The position numbers were made by a program, and so were the translations under genes. Of a DNA stretch of 64,000 nucleotides, positions 13,707 to 26,439 are shown piece after piece (position 1 is the first letter of the stretch; the number at the start of each line of letters is the position of its first letter). Source of the stretch: Vitrella brassicaformis CCMP3155 (Eukaryota; Protista; Chromerida); contig CDMY01000285.1 of NCBI GenBank assembly GCA_001179505.1, forward strand, positions 71,076-135,075. Direction: 5' to 3'. The notes beneath the pieces were generated by a model. It was given only the letters and a program-made list of their open reading frames with translations. It ran no database searches and was not told the DNA's origin.

Positions 13707-15913
13707 TCACAGCCTCGCTCGTTTCCTGCTGGCCTCGAGTATCAGCTCGGACGGGCGGACGACCTCTCGGGCGTTGCTGTACCACAGGTAGTCCGCCAGC
13801 GGCAGCGGGAAGGGGCCACGCGTCTGAACACGGTCACACAGAGAAGGGCGAGAAGGGGGGGATGGGGATGGGGATGAGTGCGTGAACCCTTGTGTGTGTC
13901 GCTCATGCGTTCGTTCCTCTCACCAGTGCGAGTCTCATCTGTGACGAGTCGGACACACTGTCGATGGGCGTCGGGTTCAGCAAGATCGACCACACCTGTG
14001 CACACACGTGCGCGCGAGAGACCGATCAATTGGCTCGCTGCGATGTGTGTGGCTGCCTGATCCGGGTCATACTTGAAAGTCCGGCAGCTTGTAGAAGGCG
14101 CCCAGCCGAGCGGCGCGGTCCTGGCATCCATAAGTGTACTTGACGTGGTCCGACCCCACCAGCACCACCATCAAGCTCCCAGGATTGTCACGGACGTGCT
14201 GCACTGCCTGCAGCCATAGCGCAAGACAGACAGACAGAGGTCAGACGCCCACCGACACCGCTGCTCTGCCTGTCTCTCCCTCACCCCAGCGGCCATGGCT
14301 TCGTCGCGCACTATTCGTGCCTGCAGACAGACAGCAGACACAGCGGCCATCCATCCATCCATTCAGTGGCTGCACACTCACTCACCGCAAAGAAGTTGGC
14401 AGGAGTGGGGTTGTCGCCGAGCAGGCCCGCGTTGGCGTGATAGCCGTATGAAGGCAACACCACCTCATCAACGTACATCTTGAACCCAGGCCGCCGCGTC
14501 TCTGCAAGAGGGATCCAACATGCACCAGCAGACAGACATCCATGTGTACGTGTCCGTGTGTGTGAGAGAGGGTGTTCGTTTCGTACGGTCTCTGAACCCC
14601 AGTGGGTCGGGTATGAATTTGTCTCGAGCCTGCTGTCCCAGGCCTTCCAGGCCACTCGAGACCACCGCTGATGTGTCCTCGGTGGACGGATTGAGAGCAA
14701 TCAGATGCAGACCTGCACAGACAGACGGACAGACAGAGAAGGCGCGGCGTGCTGTGTGTGTGGGGGGGGGGGGTGTGAGTGATCGGCTGGCTGAGTGGGT
14801 GACTGACCGCGCTTTTTTGCGAGTTGGAAGATGGGTAGGTATGCGTCGAACGGCCAGGCCCACCGGGTGGCCCACTCGGTCTTGGTATACAGATCAACGT
14901 CGGTGTATTTGCCGCTCAGGTAGCCGTCAAGGATGGGCTGGAAATCCACCTGAACCTGCACACACACACACACACACAGAAGGCATACATGAGTGCATCG
15001 ATGTGTGTGTGGTCTGTTTGGTGAGGTCACCTACCTGTTCCAGTCCGATGGCGATAGGCGGCAGCTTGCCGTTGCTGCCCTTCTGGCGCTCCTCCTCCAT
15101 CTGGGCTATGAGGGCGGCCTGCAGCCGATGGTCCTCAGGCGCGTTGTGGTGCTCCCCCATCAACACGATCGTGTTGCCGTCACGCACCGACCATCGCTGG
15201 ACACACAACACAACACAACACAACACACCCACAGGGAGAGAGGAGACAGAGACAGCCACTGAGGTGGCGACGGGGCTGCGGTGGTGAATGCCTGACTCAC
15301 TGACTGACCCTGAGGGCGTCGGTGCGTTCGTCCTGGCTGAGAGGGGTGACAATGACTGGGAGTGAGGAGGGCTGCTCCCAGCTTCGCGTCTTCACCTGCA
15401 CCACACAGACCCACACGCGTGTGTGAAGCTCCTCGCTCCTGCACGCTGCGGCTGGCTTGCCTCGAATGCCTTGCTGGTGTCAAGGGAATAGGGGGGGAGG
15501 TCCAGCGTCGGCCGCTGCATGGAGGCCGCATCGGCCGAGAGGGCAGGGAGAGACAACAAACCACCTGCAGCCATGCAGCACACACACACACGACCCACAG
15601 GAAACGCATGCAACCACATTCAGTGAAAGGTGCCCCAGCTATGTTGGTCCTTCCTACCTGCTAGAGCTGCCGCATACTGCAGGTGCCCTCGACGGCTCTC
15701 CGCCTTCGCAGAGCCGCCTTCCCCGAGATCCAGCGCCGCATCCCGCAGTTCACCATCGGCCGTCGGTGCCGCGAATCGGCGATCAATCAGCTGCCTGGGT
15801 GCGCTGCTGTGTCTTGGTGTGCTGGAGAGATGCTGCAGGTGAAAGGATGGCCGCCAGCCATGCGCAACCAAGATGGCAAAAGACGCCAGCAAGATGCAGA
15901 CGAGAATCGACAT
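13707..15913 (-). CDS. ChaN/DUF399 (Tiki superfamily) protein with plastid + Tat thylakoid-lumen targeting
   Basis: Exons encode TIVLMGEHHNAPEDHRLQ, IGLEQV, FQPILDGYL...EWATRWAWPFDAYLPIF, RIVRDEAMA, VVLVGSDHVKY and LPLADYLWYS. ATG 15913 MSILVCILLASFAILVAHG; stop 13707-13709. Confidence 0.85.
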
Positions 15914-16108
15914 CTTCAGGAGATCACGCTGCCGCTCAGAGCATACCCAAGGGGAAGGAGACTGGATGTGGGCAAAGCAGCAGGATATTCCGCGAAGGTT
16001 TGCGAGCTCAGCGGGGATGGCGAGCTTGAAAATTCGGCTCGAAAATTCCCGACGTTTGGGCGGTTTAGAGGCAGTGAGCGCCTCGCCAGAGTCCGTCATC
16101 TCTCATCC

Positions 16109-17132
16109 ATGAGTCGTCTTCGCTGCCGCATGTCGGTTCTCCCGCCCTTCCTGCAGCATTCACGCGGCCTCTTTCGCTCATTCGCCACGGCCGCAGCCGC
16201 AGCTGCCCGTGCCCAGACCCTCAGCGCGCCAGCCTCCCAGGGCTATGCCAGATCTCCCTATTCCCCACAGCAGCAGCAGAGGAACACCATCCCTCGTCTG
16301 AACGGTGAATCGGTCCGCAGCCCCTACCGGGCGAAGCTAGACCGGCTCGAGACCCCCACTGATGTGCTCAATTGGCTGGCCAAGGAGGAGGGGAGGAGTC
16401 AGCCGCTGGACGTCGACGACCTCACGGCCGTCGTAGAGCGGGTGTTCGTGACGATGAAGGGGCGGACCGACAAGAAGGAGCAGGTCCTCGCCAGCGACGA
16501 CTTCCAGCACCTCCTGGGCAAGTTGGAGACGGCCATAAAGGACGCGCGCGCCTCATCCCTCGCCGAACTAGCCGGCGCACTGACCAAGTTCCGCAACACG
16601 GCACTGGGGCCTCTCATGATGGCCGTTTGTCATCGGTTCCTGGACGTCCAGTCGACTGAGGGCAGCCTGACTACTGTGCTTGAGGCCATGGTGGGTGCCC
16701 GGTTCGACCGCAGCATGACAGATGAGGTGCACCAGATGAATGCCGCACTTCTGGGCCACGTGCGGGAGGCCATGAGCAGGATCAGGTCGCCGAGGCAGCT
16801 GGTGAAGCGGCTGCGTGCTGTGAGCCACCTGGAGCTGGAGAGAGGGGCCGAGGCCGAGCGGGTGGACACCATGAGAGAGATCCTGAGTGGTGAGCAAACA
16901 ACGCAACGTACATCGACGAGAGGCACCGAGTCCCGACGAATGTGGGTGTGTGTGTGTGTGTGTTTAGCGGTGGTTGGCCAGGCTCATGACCTCTATTGGC
17001 AGGAAGCCCTGACGCTGCTCGAGGGCATGGCGGAGACCCGAGTGTACGAGCCTCAGTGCGCCGCACAATGCCGCCAGAAGCTCATCAACGACCTTGACAG
17101 GTAGGTCAACCAACCCCCCCCACACACACAAC

Positions 17133-17165
<33 letters not shown>

Positions 17166-19763
17166 AGCGCAATTCTCTCTCGGCGTCACTCTCTCCGTGT
17201 CACGTGTCACGTAGGCTGAATTTCGCCCAGCTCTCCAAGGCCATTCTCTGCCTCAGTCAGCTGCACGCTCTGAGCATCCGGCACCTGGCCGCTTTCCTCA
17301 ATGAGGTGTTTGTGCGCCTGCCGAACCCGCCGGCACGGCTGAAGGGCAGGGGCCAGCGGCGCAGCGAGGACGTCCGGTTCGGTGACCTTGTCAACGTCCT
17401 GTACGCTGCCGCAATGGGCGGCCGGAGGGCAGGTGAGCGGGCTGAAAAGAGGAGGGCGCAGCGCGAATGTCGGTCGGTCGTTGTTGTTGTGATGGGCATG
17501 GTTGTCTATCTATCAGCTCGTCTGGAGAATCTGCCTGCTGCGGTGTTGTCGCGGGCCGGAGACTACCTCAATCAGCCCCTCGTCCTGTCAGAGGTGAGGG
17601 ACCCACGCCACACGATAGACTGACGACCTGACGACTCTGTCATCTGCCCGGTCGTCGCCCTCCTCTCCTTGTGCAGACTGTCCACCGTCTGGCGTGGTCC
17701 ATCTGCGCTCTCCAGCTCTACACAGCCACGCCCTACGTGGTCTCCATCAAGCAGCAGATAGGCAGCGGCCAAGACCACGACCTCCACCACTTCGACAATG
17801 AGTCCCACACAGAGGAAGGCGAGAGCGAGGGCAGCAGCGCGGCGCCAGAACGAGAGGAGTCGTCGGCGGCAGAGAGGCCCAAGCACGATACTGCCTTGGC
17901 GTGCAAGGTGCTGGACGATGCGCTGATCTACCTGGCGAAGCTGGGACCGAACAGGACCAAGGAAGAACTTCTCATGATGCAAGTACGTGTGCACGTGGGC
18001 AAGGAGGGAGGGAGGGGAGGGATGAAGAGCTTGTCTGTCCGTCTGTCTGTCTGTCTGTCTGTCAGGACATCACCGCAGCATATCTCGAGGAGGTGTCGGT
18101 GCCAGGAGCCGCAACCAACTTCAAGGCAAGAAGGCTCACGGATCCATCACCCATACCCACCCACCCAGAGCACATGCATCCCGTTGTTGTGTGCAGTTCC
18201 CGAAGCGGAGGGACCCCGACAACCCCGAGCGCACGCCCGTCTGGTGGCGCAACATCGGCGAGTCGCACGACGTGGAGGAGCGGATCTTCATCAACTCGAA
18301 GCTGCTGCAGAACATCAAGCTCGAGCTGGAGAACAGGGGTCACGCTCTCATGGTCAAGATACCCGTCGGCAAGAAGGCAGAGCCCGCGAAAAGGACAACT
18401 GAAGAGGAGACACAGGATGGGCAAGAGGGGGATGGTGGCGTGGATGTCGCGACGCAGCGAGAGGCGGGCGACGAGCAGAAGCCGCCAGCAGGAAGGCCTG
18501 ACTTGCCGGATGTGACAAGGGACATCCGAGGGACCGAAGACAGGCCTGTGTGGTTCCACTCAGTCAGCCTGGGTGAGTGAATGAGTGAATGAGTGAGTGG
18601 CTGAGGGAAAAGAGGGGCAAGACACACACGCCGTCGCTTGTTTGTCAGGCTTCCACCAGGTGGCGCTGTACAGCCCGGCACTCAAGACGGCCATCGACAT
18701 TGAGAGCATCAAATGCCCTGGTAGGCCGGTACACTGTTTATTCCAATACACACACATAGACACATGCTCTGTCGGCGTCTCCCCCNNNNNNNNNNNNNNN
18801 NNNNNNNNNNNNNNNNNNNNNNNNNNNNNNNNNNNNNNNNNNNNNNNNNNNNNNNNNNNNNNNNNNNNNNNNNNNNNNNNNNNNNNNNNNNNNNNNNNNN
18901 NNNNNNNNNNNNNNNNNNNNNNNNNNNNNNNNNNNNNNNNNNNNNNNNNNNNNNNNNNNNNNNNNNNNNNNNNNNNNNNNNNNNNNNNNNNNNNNNNNNN
19001 NNNNNNNNNNNNNNNNNNNNNNNNNNNNNNNNNNNNNNNNNNNNNNNNNNNNNNNNNNNNNNNNNNNNNNNNNNNNNNNNNNNNNCCCTCCCAACCATTG
19101 CAGTGAGTCGCGTGCTGAGGTCCCGATTGCTGATGAGGAAATACGGCGAGCAAGGTGAGGTCTCGTCAACTGGTCGTGTGTCTGTGTCCTGAGGCCCTTC
19201 CTGCGTGCCATGTATTCTCTCGATTCTTTTTGACTAGGGCTGCGGTACATTGTGGTGGACGCCAACATGTGGAACAACCCCGGATTCTTCTCGCGAGGAG
19301 GGGGGGATCACCAAGGTACGCACAAACGCCCACGCACACGCACGCACCTCCCGTCCCCACCCGTCCCTCTGTGGCTGTCTGTGGCTGTCATCAATCAGAT
19401 CTGATGGACCGGCTGCTTGAAACAAGTTCGTTTGCTCTGACCCCCACACAAGTGGTGTCGCTGGTCCAACAGCAGCGGGCGAGAGCTGCGCAGCGGCGAA
19501 TGGCCAACTGGCGAATGCGCCAGGGAGGAGGGGGGGCCGGCAGTTACAACCGGCGGGGCGTCCGCGGAGGGGAAGGGGGAGGGGGAGGGGGCGGCTACAG
19601 GATGCAGCAAGAGAGGGGCGGCTATCGTGGGCGCACCACGGGCCAGCAGAGAGGGGTCTACGGGCAGCAGCAGGGAGCAGGGAATCGACCGCTGCGCAGA
19701 GGAGTTGGTGTTGGGGGCGGATACAGGGGGCAGCAGCAGAGAGGAAGGGCAGAGAGGTACTGA
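16109..19763 (+). CDS. Mitochondrion-targeted helical-repeat protein with a divergent RAP domain and a Gly/Arg/Gln-rich tail
   Basis: Arg/Ser-rich presequence MSRLRCRMSVLPPFLQHSRGLFRSFATAAA. Leu-rich helical body. RAP-like VALYSPALKTAIDIE...RVLRSRLLMRKYG..LRYIVVDANMW, interrupted by the gap at 18786-19085. Stop 19761-19763. Confidence 0.6.
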
Positions 19764-19785
19764 GCTACTTGCTTCGACTGGCTGA

Positions 19786-20054
19786 GTGACCGGTAAACGT
19801 GGCTGCCTGTCTGTCTCGAGGACGCGATACATGAGACGATGTGTCGATTGGCTATGCGATAGATAAACGGACTACGTGTGTCTCGGTCGGTCATGCAACC
19901 ATTTATTGCCTTCGCAGCGCAAGACACACACACACACTCACATAGACGAACACACACACGTCGCCCATCGGCCGATCACTCACTCAGTCACTCAGTCACT
20001 GACGGGCAAAAAGATCACACACACACCACTCAAAGAGTATCTCACGGCGCACCA
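19786..20054 (+). repeat. Degenerate ~270-bp direct repeat, copy 1
   Basis: Shares blocks with 22465-22730, including an exact 37-mer gatagataaacggactacgtgtgtctcggtcggtcat (19858-19894 = 22541-22577), cacacacgtcgcccatcggccga and cggcgcacca. Confidence 0.9.
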
Positions 20055-20143
20055 CCCGACATCGGGAAGGATGGCCAACTGCAAGGCAGACGTTCCGTGG
20101 TGGGAGAACCAGCTGCACACCGCGAGAACCGACCTTTCCAACC

Positions 20144-20210
20144 AGAACCAGTTCTCTGCAGTGCAGAACCACTTCTCTGCAGTGGAGCACCAGTTCTCTG
20201 CAGTGGAGCA
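20144..20210 (+). repeat. 21-bp tandem repeat, ~3 copies
   Basis: aaccagttctctgcagtgcag / aaccacttctctgcagtggag / caccagttctctgcagtggag. Confidence 0.85.
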
Positions 20211-20364
20211 CCCGTCAATGCCACACTTGCCAAAGACACTCGCCACGCTCCTGCACCCACAGGGGGCGAGACCAAAACATCCCCATCTGCAGTGCCGTGC
20301 AGTGAAGGAGGCGGATAGGAATGGATCCTCTCTTCCTCCTGTCCTACTAGTACATTTGGAGTAC

Positions 20365-20940
20365 GTGTACTATTATTTCTGCAGCTGCAGAGAGAAAACA
20401 GAGAGCTTTCGGAGAGCTCCCGAGCGGAGACCGGCAAGCAACCAAGTAGCGTTGCACCTCAGTCCTTCGTCACTGTCCTCCAGGCCGCAGATCTTTGTGT
20501 GGCGAGCAGCCCAGCCGTCTTCCGCGACAGACAACAAGGTGCGTGGGCAGGCCCAGAGAGGAGGAAGGCCGTCGTGGGGATGGAAGGGCCCTCATTCCCT
20601 CTCTGTGTGTGTCCAGTGCTGCAGGTGGTCAAGAAGTGCTCTGTCGGCCACTTCGCTTTGGTCAGGGAGCTCCTCACGGATGGCCACGCGTCGAGAAGCA
20701 GCACCTGAGGAGCACCAGGAGGGCGGTGCGGGGCCCCTCAAGGACGGCGAGAAATTGGAACAACAGGACCAGGGCGGCAATGAGGCTGACGGTCAGCACC
20801 GAGCAGACAGCACGAGAGGAACACTCACTCATTCTGTGTGTCGATGTGTGTGTGTGTGCAGGTGAGCAGCAGCATGAGAGGGAGGGCAGTGGGATGGCCA
20901 GCAAGATTGAGGAGGAGGCGGAGAGTGACGAGGAGGACGA
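20365..20940 (+). pseudogene. Inverted duplicate of the 5' UTR exons and first coding exons of the ankyrin gene at 29808-32030; ankyrin body absent
   Basis: Near-identical to the reverse complement of ~31760-32354; ORFs 20459..20704 and 32006..32251 translate identically. Encodes MATRREAAPEEHQEGG...EEDDEDD, then breaks off. Confidence 0.85.
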
Positions 20941-20944
20941 CGAG

Positions 20945-21090
20945 GACGACTCTTGCGGCTGCCATGGCTGCCACACACACACACAGATAACACACAATAG
21001 GAGCACATGACACGGAGGGCAACGGTGGCGGCTCTTTGACTCACTCAGGGTAGATGGTGCGTGTCTGCCCTCCGTTGTTTGGCCACTGCC
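20945..21090 (-). pseudogene. Fragment of a paralog of the secreted-precursor gene at 32488-33332 (end of exon 2, intron, start of exon 3)
   Basis: 21041-21090 on the minus strand encodes RQWPNNGGQTRTIYP followed by the same GA|GTGAGT donor. The next exon starts DHGSRKSR versus DQGSKSR. Confidence 0.8.
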
Positions 21091-22464
21091 TTCGTTCGTT
21101 TGTTAACAGACAGCCAAGTAGACCAATTGAAGAGAGGGGCGTCAGGCAGGCTGAATATTAAGTAGCTCATCGGCGGGCCACCAGGCCAGCCGCCATCGAC
21201 TGACTGATCAGAGAGATAGGGGCAGGTAGACAGACAGACGGACAGACAGATGGACGCGTGGATGAATGCAATGCGTGAGCGAAGGGACGGCAGGGAGATG
21301 TACACATACATATGTGGGCCTGGCTATTGACTGACTAATCCCTGGGCAGCACACCCTCTCCCTACTGACGTTTTGATCCGTACCTGCACAATTAATGCAT
21401 ACGTATGCCTGTAGAAACCGGGGAGAGATGCGTGCACATGCACCTTACTAACCGACCAACTGACTGAGTAGACGACAGACTGACTGAGTAGCGAAACGAG
21501 CTGACGCACGGCCGCACAACTGTAGGACTCATGACAGGAGACGACTCGATGACCTCACGACACCACCACCATCCCCCCCCCNNNNNNNNNNNNNNNNNNN
21601 NNNNNNNNNNNNNNNNNNNNNNNNNNNNNNNNNNNNNNNNNNNNNNNNNNNNNNNNNNNNNNNNNNNNNNNNNNNNNNNNNNNNNNNNNNNNNNNNNNNN
21701 NNNNNNNNNNNNNNNNNNNNNNNNNNNNNNNNNNNNNNNNNNNNNNNNNNNNNNNNNNNNNNNNNNNNNNNNNNNNNNNNNNNNNNNNNNNNNNNNNNNN
21801 NNNNNNNNNNNNNNNNNNNNNNNNNNNNNNNNNNNNNNNNNNNNNNNNNNNNNNNNNNNNNNNNNNNNNNNNNNNNNNNNNCCCCCCATCTTTTTTTTCT
21901 GCGAGAGAGCTGCCGAGGAGGGACGGTAGACAACATATATATGCGCACCCCTGATAGTTTATAGTAACCCGCAGTTTGACTGACTGATTGAGTGATTGGT
22001 TTTGCTAGCTAGACTGCCGGACCTGTACATATTCTTGATGCCACGCGCGAACGAGAAGATAGGAAGAGCGCTGCAATCCTAGCTACGCGATGAACAAACA
22101 AACGATGTGTACGACGAACCGCATAATGAATGTCTCAAACGTCCAACCACGCACACCACCACCAGAGGAGAGGAAGGAGGAGAGGCAGACAGAGAAGGAC
22201 ACTTACCTACACACACAACGCGAACAGCAAGCGCGAGACAGACACGTACACGCACCCCCACAGCATATGCCTGGCACACCACCTCGATCCCCCGGCCCAG
22301 GGGAAGTATACAAGCCGGGCGGCCCTCATTAAGACAACGGTCCTCATGTGGGGCCGAGTGAGTCAGCGATTGAGCAGCGAGGCGGACAGATTTAGGTGAA
22401 GGGCTCTGAATGGCGTCACGATAGCTGTGACGCAGCCAGAAGGGCGGAGGGAGTGAGATGTCAC

Positions 22465-22730
22465 GTGACCGGCTCTGTGTATGTGGCTGTCTGTCTCGAT
22501 GAAGAGGTAGAAGAGACGTTGTGGCGGTTGGCTATGCGATGATAGATAAACGGACTACGTGTGTCTCGGTCGGTCATACAACCACGCACTCACTGCCTCC
22601 GCAGCGCATACACACACACACGTCGCCCATCGGCCGACCACTCACTCACTCACTCAGTTACTGAGTTACGGGCAAAAAGAAGACACACACACCACTCAAA
22701 GAGTCTCTCTCACACACACACGGCGCACCA
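22465..22730 (+). repeat. Degenerate ~270-bp direct repeat, copy 2
   Basis: Matches 19786-20054 in the same orientation. Confidence 0.9.
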
Positions 22731-22861
22731 TGCGCCTCCGCCTCCTAGATACTATGATTGATATTTACAGACCACCACCTCAGTACGCCATACATATCAC
22801 GAGGGTCCATCAATCGCTCAGGCCGCCCCGCCCCGCCCCCGGCCGGCCTCTCGCCGTCAGC

Positions 22862-25800
22862 TCAATCCCAAGTCCTCCTCCTACACACACCACCAAGCAC
22901 ACACATCGAGCAGATGAATTCATCGGCTGCCGTCCTTGCCCTCCAGATGCTCACGTGCAGTTCATCGGGTATGTGTATGTTGACCTCTCCCACCACATCT
23001 CTGTCGCCCTCCGGCTCGTCGACCTGCTCCTCAGGGTGGCTGTGGTGGTTGCTGGGCTGTGGGGGTGGAGGGGGCGCCATGACCTGGCCCTCGGGCAGCA
23101 CAGTCATGGTGGTGGGCGAGGAGGCGACATTGACGGGCGTGTGTGCGGGGGAGGGCGGCAGGGAGACGCCCATGGGGGTGTTCAATAAAGTGGCTGCAGA
23201 AAGGAGGAAGGAGGAAGGAGGGAGGAGGAAGGAGGCGACAGCCGTGGGTGGGTGGGTCCATTGATTGACACTCATCTATCCCCTGTCTGTCACTCACCTT
23301 TGAAGGCATGCAGGTAGTCTGACCGCCGGATGACCAGCAGACGGGCGCCATCGTCTGACAAAAGACAGGCAGACAGACAGGCCAGCCAAATGGTGTCTGT
23401 CTGTCTGTGTGTCTGTGTGTCTGTGTGTCGGTGCATACCGACGGTAACCGCAGTGAAGTCGGGCACGAAAGTGACCTCCCACCCGCTGAGCTCAACGCTC
23501 TTGTCAGCCGACACCTGGATCACCTTATTCGAGGCCTTGAGAGCCGTCACGGCCCGCTGCATCGGCGGACTCGCCGGCACGGTGCCATGCTGCTGCTGCT
23601 GCTGGTCCTTCCGGAACCCGCCGAACAGCCGCATCCTCGCCCTGTCCTTGTCGGGCATGGCAGCCGGCATGGGCGGCGACAGGCTGGCGTCGGTGTGTGG
23701 GTGTGGCGTGTGTGGCGTGTGTAGGGATATCTGGGGGTCGGAGATGTTGGACCGGTGGCCGGATGGGTCGAATGGGGGGTGGGAGGGCGAGGAGGGGGGC
23801 GGCTGAGGCACCACGGAGGAGGAGGAGGCCGCGGTGGTGTCGGTCACCAGCTGGGGGGGCTTCAGGGCCTGAGCAGGCGAGATGGACGACGGTTGTGTGT
23901 GTGCGTCGATGTGTTGTGCTTCCTGTCTGTCTGTCTGTCTGTCTGTCTCGGTCACGTACCCTCATGCCGAGTGTGCACCATGGCCCCAAGACACACTCGA
24001 AAGCATCGCGGCCAACCTGCACCTTCACCTTGCCCTGACCACAAACACACACACACACACACGCACTGTCTCCGTGCGTTGGCCATCCCTCCCTCCCTCC
24101 CTCGCTGCCTCCCCGACTCTCACCGACCTGTAGGATGAGGTAAGCCGTGTCGCTCTTCTCGCCCTTTTGGTAGAGCACCGTCCCCTTGGGGGGCTTGATG
24201 ACCAGCAGCTTCTTGACCAGCTGGTCCAACACGTGACCATGGATGTACCCGGCGGTCGCAGAGAAGGGCAGCTGGGTCGCCGACAGGAAGGAGGCAACGG
24301 CAAGGGCCTCCGGCTCGCTCAGAGGCTGGATGCCCCGCTTCCTGTCGCAAGGGAGCGTGTGTGTATGCCTGTGCCTGTGCCTGTGAGATTGTGTCTATGT
24401 GTGGGGGCGGGTGTGTGTGTGTGTGTGTGTGTTGTACCTGTCGAAGAGTTTGAGCCTTCCGACCAGCATCATCGAGTATCTGTCCATCTCGCCGCCACTC
24501 ACAGGCGCACTGATTGAAGGAGCCACACACACACATGTCAGACACACACACACACATACACATACAAACATTCACTGCCTGTGTCTGTGTCATGTGTGTG
24601 TCTGTGTGGGTGTGTACCCTGCCGCGTGCTGCTGGACGAATTTGTAAGCGGCGAGAGAGCTGCTGGAGAGCGACCGCCGCTTGAGGCCCTTGTCGATGGG
24701 CAACGCCACATGCTGCCCGCCGCCCTTGTGTGTGGAGTCGAGCGACTCCGTGGACCCCCCCTTGTGAATGCCACCGCCACCCTCGCTTTCTTTGTCGTCT
24801 TCCACCTCGGCGTCATGCTCGTCCTTTATCTCGTCCTGGGTGGGCGCACAGCACAAAGGCAGACATACACATGAAGGGAGGGGGACGAGAGAGGGTCCCT
24901 CCCTGTCTGTCCGTGTTGAAGAGTGAGGTCGGCAGATAAGGTACCTGTATGATCTCCTCGATGATGTCCTCGAGGGTGATGATGCCGACGTGCACCCAGT
25001 AGGGGTCGCCATCGGTCTCGGTCACCACCTCACGCACCACTGCCAAATGAGTCTTGCCTGACACGCGCCCAGCCGCACACACACACACACCGCTCCCTCT
25101 GCCCGTGTGTCTGTGTGTGGATCGGTGGGCGGCACACACCTTTTTTGAAGTCTGTGAGGAGGTTGAGCAGGGAAGTGTCGCTGTCGACGGCATAGATCTC
25201 CCTCCCGAATAGGTGTATAACGTTGACGATGGGCACCTCGCTGGCAGGGTCGATGATGGCCATGTCCTTGACCAGCAGCAGACCCACGATGCAGCACGGC
25301 TTGGTGCGGTCAAACACGGGAATGCGCGAAAAACCTTCCAGCCATTGCATTGCCACACAGAAATGAGGAATGCTCTATATTCGTGTGTCTGTCGACAGTA
25401 CCTGATTCGAGAATGGCCGATGCCAAGTCGAAGTTGAGTGTGTCGTTGACGTCCACCCCAAAGACGCGGTCGATGGGCGTCATGGCCTCCTTGACACTGC
25501 GGCCAGAAAAGTCCAAAGCGCCCTCGAGAATCTGCGCCTCGTTGCTCGTTATCACATGGGCCTGCAACACACACACATCCATCCATCCACGTGCTTCTCA
25601 TTCCCACCGACACAGGCATGCCCTCACACACAGACACACACCTGTTTCTCATGGTGAGCGAGCAGCGCCTTGAGCTGCTTCCTGTTGAGCACCGAGCCCA
25701 TCTCCTCTCCCAGGATCCAGTCCAGCAACAAGGCAATGGGCTTGGCTATGGGGTACATCAGAAACACGAAGATCCACACGATCCACACCGTGTAGGCGCC

Positions 25801-26184
25801 CACGGCCAGCCCGTATCGCGAGCAGGCCGCCTGGGGCGCTATCTCGCCGAACAGCACGATGACCGTGGTCGACAGCACCAGGCCCAGGATGAAGCCCTGC
25901 TCCGCCATCAGGATGGACAGACACGAGTTGACGGCCACATTGCCGAGCAGCAGAGTGCAGAGGAGGAGGTTGCCATCCCGGCGGACGGGCAGGATCCGCC
26001 GGGCGTACCACGCCTGCCGCTTGGCGTTGAGGTCAGCTTTGTCCTGCTTGCCGACGTCGATGAGTATCTGCAGCTGCACCTTGTCGAGCGACATGAGGCC
26101 GAGAGTGAGGCCCGAGAAGAGCGCCGAGAAGCATGACAGGACGCAGATCAGGAAGATGTCCACGCCAGCGTTCAGAATCGCCAT
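22862..26184 (-). CDS. CNNM: CNNM/CorC-family Mg2+ transporter (DUF21 + CBS pair + cNMP-binding-like domain)
   Basis: MAILNAG...FSALFSGLTLGLMSLD, NLLLCTLLLGNVAVN, FGEIAPQA, EAMTPID, SRIPVF, GIITLEDIIEEI, KGTVLYQKGEKSDTAYLILQG. The 3' end is approximate. Confidence 0.92.
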
Positions 26185-26439
26185 GCACCGATGGGATCAG
26201 ATCGACTGACCAATGATCCTCCGCGCTTCACGACGATAGATCAGATGACCCGCAGCAGACAGCAGGGCAACACGGAAACGCCTGCGACTTCTTCTTTCGC
26301 TTTCGCGAGCTCAAGCTCGCCAATCCGCCTCCGATCGGGCGAGAAAACCAAAGGAACTGAGCAATGGAGACCATGGGCAGGTAGCCGACCAACGTCCCTG
26401 TCAAGATCTGCTGAAAAGTCGGCTGATTGGGCCTTCGTC

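Noticed and set aside
20144-20210. 21-bp repeats as a CRISPR-like array
   Set aside because: Units are directly adjacent with no spacers, there are no cas genes, and the context is eukaryotic.
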